This document shows positions 28,797 to 38,029 of a DNA stretch of 63,645 nt, in pieces. The translations under genes were made by a program, and so were the position numbers. Numbering within the stretch: the stretch's first letter is position 1; each line of letters begins with the position of its first letter. The stretch spans positions 12,783-76,427 of the forward strand of contig LFTR01000169.1 of NCBI GenBank assembly GCA_001513425.1. Direction: 5' to 3'. A model generated the notes under the pieces. That model worked only from the letters and a program-made list of their open reading frames with translations, was not told the origin of the DNA and searched no databases. Source of the stretch: Clostridiales bacterium DTU024 (GTDB lineage: Bacteria > Bacillota > Clostridia > Christensenellales > Aristaeellaceae).

Positions 28797-30071
28797 TTAC
28801 TTGCCCTGCAAGGCAGCGTTGGACAGTGTGACACACTCGCCCCAAGCTTCTTCCACAGTCATTTCACCCGCGGCAGCCTTGTCGATGGCGGCTTTGAGGT
28901 AGTCACGTATCGCCGCGGCACCTGTCACGGCAGGCAGGGAGCCAACCACGCCGAGGTTAGCTTCGACAGCCTTGATGGCCTGTCCGCTTGGGGTATCTTC
29001 AGCGGCATACTTTTTGTACGCATCGGCTTCTTTTGTCCATGCATAGGGCGCCAGTGCAATAACGGCTTCGACCCAACCGGCATTGACGTCTTTGGAAATG
29101 AAGTACTTCACAAACTCATAAGCACCTTCGGCACGCGCATCATCGCCATAGTAGAAAACGATAGGACCGCGGTTCCAGGAAGGATACCAGCTTTCGGCAG
29201 GAACGGGAGCCATGGCGAATTCGAATCCGTTGGGCGCAATGTACGGGAACCCTGCGCTGGAACCCATGTAAGAAGCTATGATGCCGCCATTGAAATCCTC
29301 CGAGAAATAGTTGCCCGAGGACTTGATCGCGAAGTAGCCTTTGGTAACCATATCGACCATCCACTGGACCTGAGCGCGCACTTCCTGCGTGTCAAACAGG
29401 ACAACCTTGTTTTCGACATCGATGTAGCCGGAATTGGGGGCTTCCATAATCAACATCTGGACAAAGTCGGTCACAGAGTCCATGGCGAAGCCGGGCATAT
29501 CTTTACTGTCCTTGATAATCGCGCAGACGGCTTCCATCTCTTCCCAACTGGTGGGAACTTCAAGCTGGAGCTCTTCGAACATCGTTCTATTGTAGAAAAG
29601 AATCGGTCCCGTTGTATAGGCCGGCAGGTAATGGATGAGGCCATCGGAGAAAGCGTATACTTCGCCGTTCATCACACCCTCGACCAGAGATGTTTCAAAG
29701 CCTTCAATCCCGATTTCGTCATCAAAAATGTACTGCGACAGGTCAGCCAGCTGTCCGGCATCCACATACTTGGCAGCTTCGGATGAGTAGTTGAAGATAA
29801 TGTCCGGACCAATGCCTTCGTTGACGGCATTGTATACAGAATCGGTAAAACCGGCGTAGGGCTGCGTCAATGCTTCGACAACCACGTTGCTTTGGGATGC
29901 GTTGAAGTCATTAACAGCTTTGTTGATGTATTCCTCCTGCCCCTTGGTGAACGTGTGCCAGATACTTACCTTGGCAGGTGCTTCCGCCAAAGAAGCGGGC
30001 GCCACGCCGAGCATAAGAACCGCTACCATCATGAAAGCGAGCACTCTGAGAGATTTCTTGGAGCTTACCAT
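28797..30071 (-). CDS. Extracellular solute-binding protein of the sugar ABC transporter
   Basis: 424 aa, signal peptide/anchor MVSSKKSLRVLAFMMVAVLMLGVAPASLAEA. First gene of the operon. SD AGGAGGAA. Confidence 0.85.
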   Translation of the reverse strand: MVSSKKSLRVLAFMMVAVLMLGVAPASLAEAPAKVSIWHTFTKGQEEYINKAVNDFNASQSNVVVEALTQPYAGFTDSVYNAVNEGIGPDIIFNYSSEAAKYVDAGQLADLSQYIFDDEIGIEGFETSLVEGVMNGEVYAFSDGLIHYLPAYTTGPILFYNRTMFEELQLEVPTSWEEMEAVCAIIKDSKDMPGFAMDSVTDFVQMLIMEAPNSGYIDVENKVVLFDTQEVRAQVQWMVDMVTKGYFAIKSSGNYFSEDFNGGIIASYMGSSAGFPYIAPNGFEFAMAPVPAESWYPSWNRGPIVFYYGDDARAEGAYEFVKYFISKDVNAGWVEAVIALAPYAWTKEADAYKKYAAEDTPSGQAIKAVEANLGVVGSLPAVTGAAAIRDYLKAAIDKAAAGEMTVEEAWGECVTLSNAALQGK

Positions 30072-30149
30072 AATTTCCTCCTGTTTTCCCGGCCCACGAG
30101 CCGGTATTCTTCAACGTGTAGGGGAATTACCCCCCTGGAGACTAGCAAT

Positions 30150-30178
30150 AGTATACAACAACCTAAGGTACCATGCAA
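30150..30178 (-). promoter_or_regulatory. Candidate promoter of the ABC operon
   Basis: Minus strand: TTGCAT, 17-nt spacer, TATACT. Confidence 0.4.
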
Positions 30179-30270
30179 CGCAAACAGTCTCAAAGGTGCA
30201 TGAGTTTTGCCCAACGACAACTAAAGCAAATGCAAAACGCATGCATTCTCCCGCGAATGGAATTTTGGTC

Positions 30271-30299
30271 TTGACGGGCATCTGCTTTTGTGGTATTTT
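30271..30299 (+). promoter_or_regulatory. Candidate promoter of tRNA-Val
   Basis: TTGACG, 17-nt spacer, TGgTATTTT, about 30 nt upstream of the mature 5' end. Confidence 0.45.
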
Positions 30300-30329
30300 T
30301 CTTGATGCCGTAGGTTGTATGCCTAGTTT

Positions 30330-30405
30330 GGTCTGTTGGCTCAGTTGGTAGAGCACATCGTTCACATCGATGGGGTCACTGGTTCGAGTCCAGTACAGAC
30401 CACCA
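30330..30405 (+). tRNA. tRNA-Val (anticodon CAC), CCA encoded
   Basis: Hand-folded cloverleaf. Acceptor GGTCTGT/ACAGACC, D arm GCTC-AGTTGGTA-GAGC, anticodon arm CATCG-TTCACAT-CGATG, T arm ACTGG-TTCGAGT-CCAGT, discriminator A, then CCA. Confidence 0.95.
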
Positions 30406-30431
30406 AAACCGCTATTGCAGCGGTTTTTTTG
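30406..30431. terminator. Terminator shared by tRNA-Val (+) and glgA (-)
   Basis: AAACCGC-TATTGCA-GCGGTTT, followed by a T7 run on the plus strand and a T4 run on the minus strand. Confidence 0.7.
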
Positions 30432-30484
30432 TTATCAGACGAAACTCGGGCACCCGTGCTTGAGGATGCCCGATGCATATTAAA

Positions 30485-32077
30485 TCAGTTGGCTTCCTTG
30501 GGACGCGCCGCCTTCTTGGCCGGCGTTTTTTTCTCTGTTGCCTTGTTCTTTGCAGGTCCATCGTCTGACGGCTTGTTGTCCTTGGCAGCACTCTTCTTGA
30601 CGGGTGGCTTGCGCGTGGGTTTGCCACTCTCGGCGGCTTTTGCATTTAGCAGCCCATGATAAATGTTGATATAGGTTTCTGCCGATTGTTCCCAGGAGAA
30701 ATCGGCATTCATGCCGCGTTCCTGAAGGATCTGCCAGACGTCTTTCTTATTAAAGTAATAGTGCAGCGCGCGCTGGATAGTGTGCAGCATATCATGCGCG
30801 TTGTAGTTGAAGAAACTAAAACCATTGCCGCTGCCTGTGAATTCATTGTAGCTGAGCACAGTATCACGCAGTCCGCCTGTTTCCCTGACCAGGGGTATTG
30901 TGCCATAGCGCATGGCTATCATCTGGCTGAGCCCGCAGGGTTCATACTGCGATGGCATAAGGAACATATCGGCTCCCGCGTAAATTTGGTGCGCCAATTG
31001 ATGGTCCATGACAAATCGCGCGGCGACGCGGCCGGGATAGTTTTGCTCTGCCCAGCTGAAGAGATTGACGTACCTGGAATCGCCCATGCCCAGGCACACC
31101 AATTGAACTTCCTCGCGCATGATATCCGCGATGACATAGTCCACCAAATCCAGCCCCTTTTGATTGCTGAGCCGGCCGACCATGGCGATGATGGGCACAT
31201 CGGGCCGCTGCTGCAGCCCCAATTGCTCCTGCAAAGCGCGCTTGCAGTCCGCTTTGCCCGATATATCGGCAATGGAATAGGTGCGGGCAATGGATCCATC
31301 TTCCATCGGATCATATTCCTGCATATCGATCCCGTTAAGAACGCCGGTCACATGCGCTTTTTTCGCCCGGAGCAATCCATCCAGCCTTTCGCCATAGTAC
31401 GCGGTCTGGATCTCTTCTGCGTAGGATGGACTGACAGTGGTGATCTCGTCTGAGTAGACGATGCCGCCCTTGAGAAAGTTTGCGGCGCCGAAACACTCCA
31501 GTTTGTCATTGGTGAACATGGCATCTTCCAACCCCAGCACGTCCTGCACTTCTTTGATGCCGAAAATGCCCTGATATTGGAGGTTGTGAATGGTCATGAC
31601 GGTCTTGATGCCACTGTAAGCCGGCAGAGCCGCATAGTGTGCGTTAAGCAGTACCGGGATCAACCCCGCCTGCCAGTCGTGCGCGTGAAGGATATCGGGT
31701 TTGAAGCCGATAAGCGGCAGGGCATTGAGCACGGCTCGGCTGAAGAAAGCGAAACGCTCATACTCATCTCCACCCAGCCCGTAAATATAATTGCGCCCAA
31801 AATAATACCGATTATCCACAAAATAGAAGGTGACGCCGTTCATATCCAGCTGTTCGATACCACAGTATTGGCGCCGCCAACCCAATTCCACCTCAAAGTC
31901 CACCACGTGGTTCATTTGGTTGACGTAATTCTCCGGAATGGCCGCATATTTGGGCAGCATAACGCGCACATCGTGTCCTTTTTCGGCCAGTACGGGGGCC
32001 AACGCGCCCACGACATCTGCCAAGCCGCCCGTCTTGACGAACGGTACGCACTCGGATACGGTGAATAGAATCTTCAA
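30485..32077 (-). CDS. glgA: Glycogen synthase (ADP-glucose type) with a ~52-aa K/A/P-rich C-terminal tail
   Basis: MKILFTVSECVPFVKTGGLADV (KTGGL motif). 530 aa, against a usual length of roughly 480. Confidence 0.95.
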   Translation of the reverse strand: MKILFTVSECVPFVKTGGLADVVGALAPVLAEKGHDVRVMLPKYAAIPENYVNQMNHVVDFEVELGWRRQYCGIEQLDMNGVTFYFVDNRYYFGRNYIYGLGGDEYERFAFFSRAVLNALPLIGFKPDILHAHDWQAGLIPVLLNAHYAALPAYSGIKTVMTIHNLQYQGIFGIKEVQDVLGLEDAMFTNDKLECFGAANFLKGGIVYSDEITTVSPSYAEEIQTAYYGERLDGLLRAKKAHVTGVLNGIDMQEYDPMEDGSIARTYSIADISGKADCKRALQEQLGLQQRPDVPIIAMVGRLSNQKGLDLVDYVIADIMREEVQLVCLGMGDSRYVNLFSWAEQNYPGRVAARFVMDHQLAHQIYAGADMFLMPSQYEPCGLSQMIAMRYGTIPLVRETGGLRDTVLSYNEFTGSGNGFSFFNYNAHDMLHTIQRALHYYFNKKDVWQILQERGMNADFSWEQSAETYINIYHGLLNAKAAESGKPTRKPPVKKSAAKDNKPSDDGPAKNKATEKKTPAKKAARPKEAN

Positions 32078-32131
32078 CAGTATACACTCCTTTCAAAACC
32101 CTTCGCGCAGTCAAATCAGGCGCGCACCCAT

Positions 32132-33256
32132 TTAGATCACCAGATTTTTGCCCACCACAATGGGAAAGGTAGATGGCGCCACCAGGCGCTTATCTTCACG
32201 CACAGTGGTCAATTTGTCCAGGATGCAGTTTTCAAGTTCGGCGTTACGGCTGATAATGGCGTCCTGCATGATGATACAGCCCCGCACGCTGGCTCCCGGG
32301 GCGACTGTGACGCCGCGGAATATTACGCTGTCTTCCACTGTACCTTCAATAACGCAGCCGTCGGCAACAAGGGAATTGCACACTTTCGCCCCTGCGGCAT
32401 ACCGCGTGGGCATCTCATCCCGCAGCTTGGTCCAAATGGGGCGCTCGGGGTTGAACAGCATCCTGCGTACCTCAGGGTCAAGCGCATCCATATTAGCCTT
32501 GTAATAGGCTGCCACCGAGTCGATGAGCCACGACCTCTGCGTGTATTCGTAGCCGCAGACACGGTATTCCCCATTTGCCAACACTCTTGCAAGCAGCTCT
32601 CTCGTAAAGTGATGGAAGCGTTGTGACGTCGCCCTGTCCACCAAATCGATAAGGAGTTCACGGCGGATGAGGAACACACCGATATAAGTGTTTTCGTAGC
32701 GCGGTATGGATGGGTCAATTTCAAGATGTGTGACGATGTGATCTTCCCCAACGCCCAAATACCGTCCCACGCCATTGCGCCGCGCCTCGCGCTCTTTGGT
32801 ATAAACCAGAGAGATATCCGCGTTGCATTCCAAATGCTGCTTAAAGACGTCCTCAAAATCGAGGGAATAGAGGATGTTGCTGTCCGTGACGGCAATGTAG
32901 CGTTCCTGGCTGCGCCTGAGAAACGACAGATTGCTCTTGAGCGCATCCAGCAGGCCTTCATAATTGGAGGCGTTGCGCTGCCCCGCAAAAGGAGGCAACA
33001 GCGTCATGCCGCCACGCTTGCCATGCAGATCCCACTCCTTACCACTGCCCAATTGATCCAGCAGGCTTTGATAGTTCTTCTGCAAAATAATGCCCACGTT
33101 GCGGATCCCGCTGTTGACCATACCCGAGAGCATGAAGTCTATCATGCGATAGCGCCCGAGGACCGGAAGGGCGGCAACGGAACGCACCCGCGTCAGGCAT
33201 TCCAAGCGCTCATACTGTTCGCCCGTGTAGATGAGTCCAACGATGCTCGTTTTCAT
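32132..33256 (-). CDS. glgD: Glucose-1-phosphate adenylyltransferase, GlgD (regulatory) subunit
   Basis: 374 aa, GlgC paralog lacking the GGxGxRL motif. Sits between glgC and glgA as in Bacillus/Clostridia. Confidence 0.85.
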   Translation of the reverse strand: MKTSIVGLIYTGEQYERLECLTRVRSVAALPVLGRYRMIDFMLSGMVNSGIRNVGIILQKNYQSLLDQLGSGKEWDLHGKRGGMTLLPPFAGQRNASNYEGLLDALKSNLSFLRRSQERYIAVTDSNILYSLDFEDVFKQHLECNADISLVYTKEREARRNGVGRYLGVGEDHIVTHLEIDPSIPRYENTYIGVFLIRRELLIDLVDRATSQRFHHFTRELLARVLANGEYRVCGYEYTQRSWLIDSVAAYYKANMDALDPEVRRMLFNPERPIWTKLRDEMPTRYAAGAKVCNSLVADGCVIEGTVEDSVIFRGVTVAPGASVRGCIIMQDAIISRNAELENCILDKLTTVREDKRLVAPSTFPIVVGKNLVI

Positions 33257-33268
33257 ATCTTCGCCTCC

Positions 33269-34441
33269 TCACTCGCCTACTTGTACGCCGGCGGCAACTT
33301 TTTCGCCGGCGCTGACATGGGTGTTGTTGCCCACCACAGCGATGTCTCCGGCTTTTTCCCCGACGATGGCTTTTTCGCCGACAACGCTGTTTTCGCCTAT
33401 GATGGCGCGCGTGATGACGGCGCCGCTTCTTATGTGCGCCCCGGGCATGAGCACGCTATCGATCACTCGGGCGCCCTCATCCACCTGAACCCCGCCTGAT
33501 AAAACGGAGCTGACGACGTCACCCTCCACCACACCGCCTTCGCTGATGAGGCTATTGGTGACCGTTCCCTTGGCTCCGACATAATGCGGCGGCATGCCCA
33601 CGTTGCGCGCGTATATGCGCCAGCTGGTGTCATGCATGTCGATGGGCGGGGTGACCTCAAGCAAATCCATGTTTGCTTCCCACAGGCTTTCGATAGTGCC
33701 GACATCCTTCCAGTAACCGCTGAACTTGTAGGCGACCAGTTTTTCGTCTGCAGCAAGCATCTTTGGAATGATGTTCTTGCCAAAGTCTTTGGAGGAAAGC
33801 GGATCCGCTTCGTCCGCTTGCAGATACTTTTTCATTAGGTCCCAAGTAAACATGTACACGCCCATAGACGCGTTATTGGATTTGGCGTTCTTGGGTTTTT
33901 CTTCAAACTCGGTAATAAAGCCGTTTTCGTCCGTGTTCATGATGCCAAAGCGGTCGGTTTCCGCCCACGGCACCTGCCGCACCGCGATGGTGACGGCCGC
34001 CCCGCGCTCAATATGGCTGGCAAGCATAGCCGCATAATCCATTTTGTAAATGTGGTCGCCTGACAAAACCAACACATATTCGGGATTGTATTGCTCAATA
34101 AACTCAATATTCTGGTATATGGAATTGGCTGTGCCTTTATACCATTCGCCTTGCTTGCCGGTAGAATAGGGCGGCAAAACAAAAATGCCCCCGTTGTTCA
34201 AATCCAGATCCCACGGCGCGCCGTTGCCAATGTACGCGTTTAACTCCAACGGGCGGTACTGCGTCAACACGCCCACCACATCAATGCCGCTGTTTGTGCA
34301 ATTGCTGACGGGAAAGTCGATGATACGATACTTTCCGCCAAAGGGTAGAGCAGGTTTGGCGGTGTGGCGGGTAAGGATACCCAGCCTGCTTCCCTGTCCC
34401 CCTGCCAACAGCATGGCGACGCATTCTTTCTTCCGGAGCAC
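33269..34441 (-). CDS. glgC: Glucose-1-phosphate adenylyltransferase
   Basis: [10 protein letters not shown] motif. I place the start at the GTG of [11 protein letters not shown], 6 nt after GAAGGAGGAAG. The tracked ORF starts 7 codons upstream at another GTG that includes the SD itself. Confidence 0.93.
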   Translation of the reverse strand: MLRKKECVAMLLAGGQGSRLGILTRHTAKPALPFGGKYRIIDFPVSNCTNSGIDVVGVLTQYRPLELNAYIGNGAPWDLDLNNGGIFVLPPYSTGKQGEWYKGTANSIYQNIEFIEQYNPEYVLVLSGDHIYKMDYAAMLASHIERGAAVTIAVRQVPWAETDRFGIMNTDENGFITEFEEKPKNAKSNNASMGVYMFTWDLMKKYLQADEADPLSSKDFGKNIIPKMLAADEKLVAYKFSGYWKDVGTIESLWEANMDLLEVTPPIDMHDTSWRIYARNVGMPPHYVGAKGTVTNSLISEGGVVEGDVVSSVLSGGVQVDEGARVIDSVLMPGAHIRSGAVITRAIIGENSVVGEKAIVGEKAGDIAVVGNNTHVSAGEKVAAGVQVGE

Positions 34442-34521
34442 GGCTCTTCCTCCTTCGTTCACACATAATAAAATAATGCGGGGTATAAGCGGGGACCGAC
34501 CGCATTGGAAACACTCAACGA

Positions 34522-36492
34522 CTACTCGACAGCGGTTTGTTCCGCGGCATTGCTTTCGAACGCGACGGTGAAATAAACGGTGGCAAGCGGCGGAACACAG
34601 ATCTCAACAGAAACCGGCATGTCAAGATGAGCGATATCGTCCGATTCAATGGGATTTGGATTGTACTGGTTGGAACCGCCAAACTCCGCAAGATCGGTAT
34701 TGAACAGCTCCGTCACGGTACCTTTCCCGGGCAGGCCAAACCGATACTGCGCAATGAACTGCGGCGTAAAATTGGTGACGCAGATGATACTTTCGCCCTT
34801 TTTATTGCTGCGCATGAATATGATCACGCTGTTATCCGAATCATTGGTAACCAGCCACTTGAATCCATCCCACGAGTCTTCAATTTCCCACAAAGCACTG
34901 TGCGATTTGTACAGCGCGTTCAGGCGGCGCACACACCTTTGCATCTGGGGATGACGTTCGTATTCAAGCAAGAACCAATCCAATTGGTCAAAATACTTCC
35001 ATTCGATAAAGTGCCCGAATTCCTGTCCCATGAACAGGAGCTTCTTGCCCGGGTGCGCTATGGTGTAGCCGTGAAGAGCACGCAGTCCCGCAAACTTGCG
35101 CCACAGATCCCCCGGCTGCTTATCCAGCATGCTCTTTTTTCCGTGCACCACTTCATCATGAGAAAAGGGTAATACATAGTTTTCACTGAACGCATAAAAG
35201 AGGGAAAAAGTCAGTTTATCGTGGTACCATTTGCGATGGACATAATCTTTATCAATAAACGACAGGATGTCATTCATCCATCCCATGTTCCATTTGAAGC
35301 CAAAGCCCAGGCCCCCCATATGGGTGGGCGCGGTAACCATTGGGTAAGCGGAGGATTCTTCGGCGATAGCCATGACGCCGGGGAAATCGTGGTATACCGT
35401 TTCATTGAGCCGGCGCAAGAAAGCAACGGCCTCAATATTGATGTTGTTGCCGTATTCGTTGGGCAGCCACTCACCATCCTCACGGCAAAAATCGTGGTAA
35501 AGCATACTGCTGACGGCATCGCAGCGCAGTCCGTCCACGTGATACCATTCCAGCCAGAAACAGGCGTTGGACAAGAGGAACGAGCACACTTCGCCGCGAG
35601 CAAAGTCAAACAGCATGGTGCCCCACTGCTTCATTTCGGCACGCTGCCAGGCGCTGTGCTCATAGCAGCTGCTGCCGTCAAAACGCCGCAAGCCCACTTC
35701 GTCCTTGGGGAAATGCGCGGGTACCCAGTCAAGGATCACGCCGATCCCCGATTGATGCATCAAATCCACAAAGCGCATCAAGTCCTTGGGATGACCATGG
35801 CGCGCCGTGGGCGCATAGTACCCTGTCACCTGGTATCCCCATGACATATCCAGGGGGTGTTCCATGACGGGCATCAGCTCCACGTGCGTATAGCCCATTT
35901 CCTTAATGTAGGGAATGAGTTGACTTGCGATTTCAACATAGGTGAGCATGCGGCCGTTCTCGCCGCGCCGCCAGGAACCCAGATGCATTTCATAGATATT
36001 GATGGGGCTGCGATAGGGATCCCACTTCGCGCGCTTTTGCAGCCATTTATCATCGCCCCACTGATAGCCGCCAAGATCGCACAGCATGCTCGCCGTATTG
36101 GGCCTCAGCTCGCTGCGAAACGCATAGGGATCAGCCTTCAGATGCCACACCCCGTCCTGGCCTTTGATGGCAAACTTGTAGGACTTGAGCCGCTCGGCGG
36201 CCTCGGGATAATTGTATTTGTCAGGATCGCTGTGGGGATCAAACAGGCTGCGCGGCAGCTGCAATTCCCACGTGCCGTCAAACTGCTTATTCATGGGATG
36301 GGGTTCCACGCGCCAATCACAAAACTCACCGGTTACGGCTACTTCTGACGCATTGGGCGCCCAAACCGCGAAATTCCACACCAAATTGCCGCCGCTTTGT
36401 GCCGGATGCGCCCCCAGCATCGTGTACCCGTAACGGCTTAATCCTTGATGGAATTCCGTGCGTTCTTCGTGACTGGGCGGGCGGTGTAACAT
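34522..36492 (-). CDS. glgB: 1,4-alpha-glucan branching enzyme
   Basis: 656 aa with GH13 motifs DWVPAHF, GLRCDAV and IAEES. SD GGAGGG. Confidence 0.95.
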   Translation of the reverse strand: MLHRPPSHEERTEFHQGLSRYGYTMLGAHPAQSGGNLVWNFAVWAPNASEVAVTGEFCDWRVEPHPMNKQFDGTWELQLPRSLFDPHSDPDKYNYPEAAERLKSYKFAIKGQDGVWHLKADPYAFRSELRPNTASMLCDLGGYQWGDDKWLQKRAKWDPYRSPINIYEMHLGSWRRGENGRMLTYVEIASQLIPYIKEMGYTHVELMPVMEHPLDMSWGYQVTGYYAPTARHGHPKDLMRFVDLMHQSGIGVILDWVPAHFPKDEVGLRRFDGSSCYEHSAWQRAEMKQWGTMLFDFARGEVCSFLLSNACFWLEWYHVDGLRCDAVSSMLYHDFCREDGEWLPNEYGNNINIEAVAFLRRLNETVYHDFPGVMAIAEESSAYPMVTAPTHMGGLGFGFKWNMGWMNDILSFIDKDYVHRKWYHDKLTFSLFYAFSENYVLPFSHDEVVHGKKSMLDKQPGDLWRKFAGLRALHGYTIAHPGKKLLFMGQEFGHFIEWKYFDQLDWFLLEYERHPQMQRCVRRLNALYKSHSALWEIEDSWDGFKWLVTNDSDNSVIIFMRSNKKGESIICVTNFTPQFIAQYRFGLPGKGTVTELFNTDLAEFGGSNQYNPNPIESDDIAHLDMPVSVEICVPPLATVYFTVAFESNAAEQTAVE

Positions 36493-36579
36493 TGTATCCC
36501 TCCATTAAGCGTGCAACATTCCACGGCTTGCCCGCAGTAATTATTGAATCATCCCAAGAAGACTCTGTTTTATGAAAGG

Positions 36580-36608
36580 AGTATAGCACAATCGCGTTTC
36601 GTAAACAA
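36580..36608 (-). promoter_or_regulatory. Candidate promoter of glgBCDA
   Basis: Minus strand: TTGTTT, 17-nt spacer, TGcTATACT. Confidence 0.45.
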
Positions 36609-36714
36609 TGGCAGATTTGGGGCAGGTTTCTGCGGAATATGGGAAAATCGTTCGCGATTTGGACCGTGATGGTCGTTATCTTCGCGAATTTCATTATGAA
36701 GACTCATTTAGGTC

Positions 36715-36743
36715 TTGCTTTTTTGCCCCCGGCTATGTACAAT
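36715..36743 (+). promoter_or_regulatory. Candidate promoter of rpsF-ssb-rpsR
   Basis: TTGCTT, 17-nt spacer, TACAAT. Confidence 0.45.
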
Positions 36744-36750
36744 ACGTACT

Positions 36751-36786
36751 TGGCACATCCTTGCACCACGCAGGGTCGTGGTGCCA
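36751..36786 (+). promoter_or_regulatory. Structured rpsF 5' leader (candidate S6:S18 autoregulatory element)
   Basis: 8-bp hairpin GCACCACG-CAGGGT-CGTGGTGC (36763-36784). An alternative pairing TGGCAC (36751-56) / GTGCCA (36781-86) is possible. Lies ~25 nt upstream of the SD. Confidence 0.35.
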
Positions 36787-36809
36787 TATGTCCGTGAGGA
36801 GGTGAAAGT

Positions 36810-37259
36810 ATGAAGTACGAGCTAATCTACATCATCGACACCGCTGTGGAGGAAGAAGCCCGCAAAGCGCTTATCACGCGTTTTAACGAGTTGATCCAAT
36901 CCAATGGCGGCCAGGTGGAAAAAGTGGACGAGTGGGGCAAGCGCCATCTGGCGTATACCATCGACTACAAGACGGAAGGCTACTATGTAATGGTAACCTT
37001 TGACGCAGATTCCACCCTTCCCAGAGAGCTGGAGCGCAACTTGGAGAACTCCGAGAATGTCATCCGCTACCTGGTAACACGTGTAGAAGAAAAGCGCAGC
37101 AATGTCAAGCCGCGCGCACAGCAGCCCGTTCGTTCCTTCGCGCCGCAAAGGCCGGTTGAAGAACCGGTACAGCGACAAGAAGCTCCTGCGCCAGCAGTTC
37201 CGGCGCAAGAAGTTCCGGTACAAGAAGTTCCGGCGCAAGACGAATCGGCCCCGCAGTAA
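36810..37259 (+). CDS. rpsF: 30S ribosomal protein S6 with a ~50-aa P/Q/E/V-rich C-terminal extension
   Basis: MKYELIYIID...HLAYTI, typical S6. SD GAGGAGGTG. Confidence 0.95.
   Translation: MKYELIYIIDTAVEEEARKALITRFNELIQSNGGQVEKVDEWGKRHLAYTIDYKTEGYYVMVTFDADSTLPRELERNLENSENVIRYLVTRVEEKRSNVKPRAQQPVRSFAPQRPVEEPVQRQEAPAPAVPAQEVPVQEVPAQDESAPQ
37197..37241 (+). repeat. 3 x 15-bp tandem repeat inside the rpsF tail
   Basis: GTTCCGGCGCAAGAA / GTTCCGGTACAAGAA / GTTCCGGCGCAAGAC, encoding (VPAQE/VPVQE) repeats. Confidence 0.9.
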
Positions 37260-37271
37260 AGGAGGTTTCAC

Positions 37272-37691
37272 GTGAACAAGATATTCATAATTGGTAATTT
37301 GACACGCGACCCCGAAATGCGCACTACCCAGAGCGGCGTATCCGTCTGCTCATTCACTGTGGCTGTCAACCGCCGCCGCTCACAAAATGCGGAGGCCGGT
37401 CAACCGGAAGCGGATTTTTTCCGCGTATCCGCTTGGCGTCAGCTTGGCGAAAACTGTAATCGCTTTTTGGCCAAAGGCCGCAAAGTAGGTGTGGTGGGCA
37501 CCCTGACCCTCCAAACCTTCACCGGCAATGACGGCCAACAGCGCTCTAGCCTTGAAGTGCAGGCGGACGAGGTCGAATTCCTCACCCCTCGCAGCGAACA
37601 AGGTGAACCGCGCGCTACGGAATCGTCTAACCCCGAGCAGCAGAGCAACAACGGCTTTGTGCAGGTGGATGAAGACGATTTGCCCTTTTGA
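37272..37691 (+). CDS. ssb: Single-stranded DNA-binding protein
   Basis: GTG start 6 nt after AAGGAGG. OB fold NKIFIIGNLTRDPE. Acidic tip DEDDLPF. Confidence 0.95.
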   Translation: MNKIFIIGNLTRDPEMRTTQSGVSVCSFTVAVNRRRSQNAEAGQPEADFFRVSAWRQLGENCNRFLAKGRKVGVVGTLTLQTFTGNDGQQRSSLEVQADEVEFLTPRSEQGEPRATESSNPEQQSNNGFVQVDEDDLPF

Positions 37692-37717
37692 CGGGGCCAT
37701 CTAATTAGGAGGGAATT

Positions 37718-37975
37718 ATGTCAGACGATCGCAATGACCGGAGAGGGGGCCGACCCCGCGGACGGCGTCCTCGCAAAAAAGTATGCGATTTCTGCGCAGG
37801 CAAGGTAGCTTATATCGATTTCAAAGACGTTAGCCGTCTTCGTCGGTATATCACCGAACGGGGCAAGATAACGCCCCGCCGCATGAGCGGAACGTGCGCA
37901 AAGCATCAGCGCCAGTTGGCCCAGGCCATCAAACGCGCCCGTGCCATAGCACTGCTGCCCTACACCGCAGACTAA
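37718..37975 (+). CDS. rpsR: 30S ribosomal protein S18
   Basis: 85 aa, KKVCDFC...[28 protein letters not shown] signature. Confidence 0.95.
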   Translation: MSDDRNDRRGGRPRGRRPRKKVCDFCAGKVAYIDFKDVSRLRRYITERGKITPRRMSGTCAKHQRQLAQAIKRARAIALLPYTAD

Positions 37976-37986
37976 TCGTATCAACG

Positions 37987-38016
37987 CAAAAAGCGCCTTT
38001 ACGGGCGCTTTTTTGT
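37987..38016. terminator. Bidirectional terminator between rpsR (+) and dnaA (-)
   Basis: AAAAAGCGCC-TTTAC-GGGCGCTTTTTT: an A-run and a T-run flank a GC stem. Confidence 0.75.
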
Positions 38017-38029
38017 GTTGCACAGGCCA

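Noticed and set aside
30231-30245. TGCAAAACGCATGCA upstream of the sugar ABC operon, considered as a cre or operator site.
   Set aside because: It has one extra A relative to the cre spacing (TGNAANCG). It is really a direct ATGCA repeat rather than a dyad.
36608-36805. A 65-aa ORF filling the glgB-rpsF intergenic region (MADLGQVSAEYGKIVRDL...).
   Set aside because: It has no SD. Its ATG overlaps the -35 of the predicted glg promoter, and its 3' half runs through the predicted rpsF promoter and leader hairpin. More likely non-coding, though the N-terminal half looks protein-like, so this is not fully excluded.
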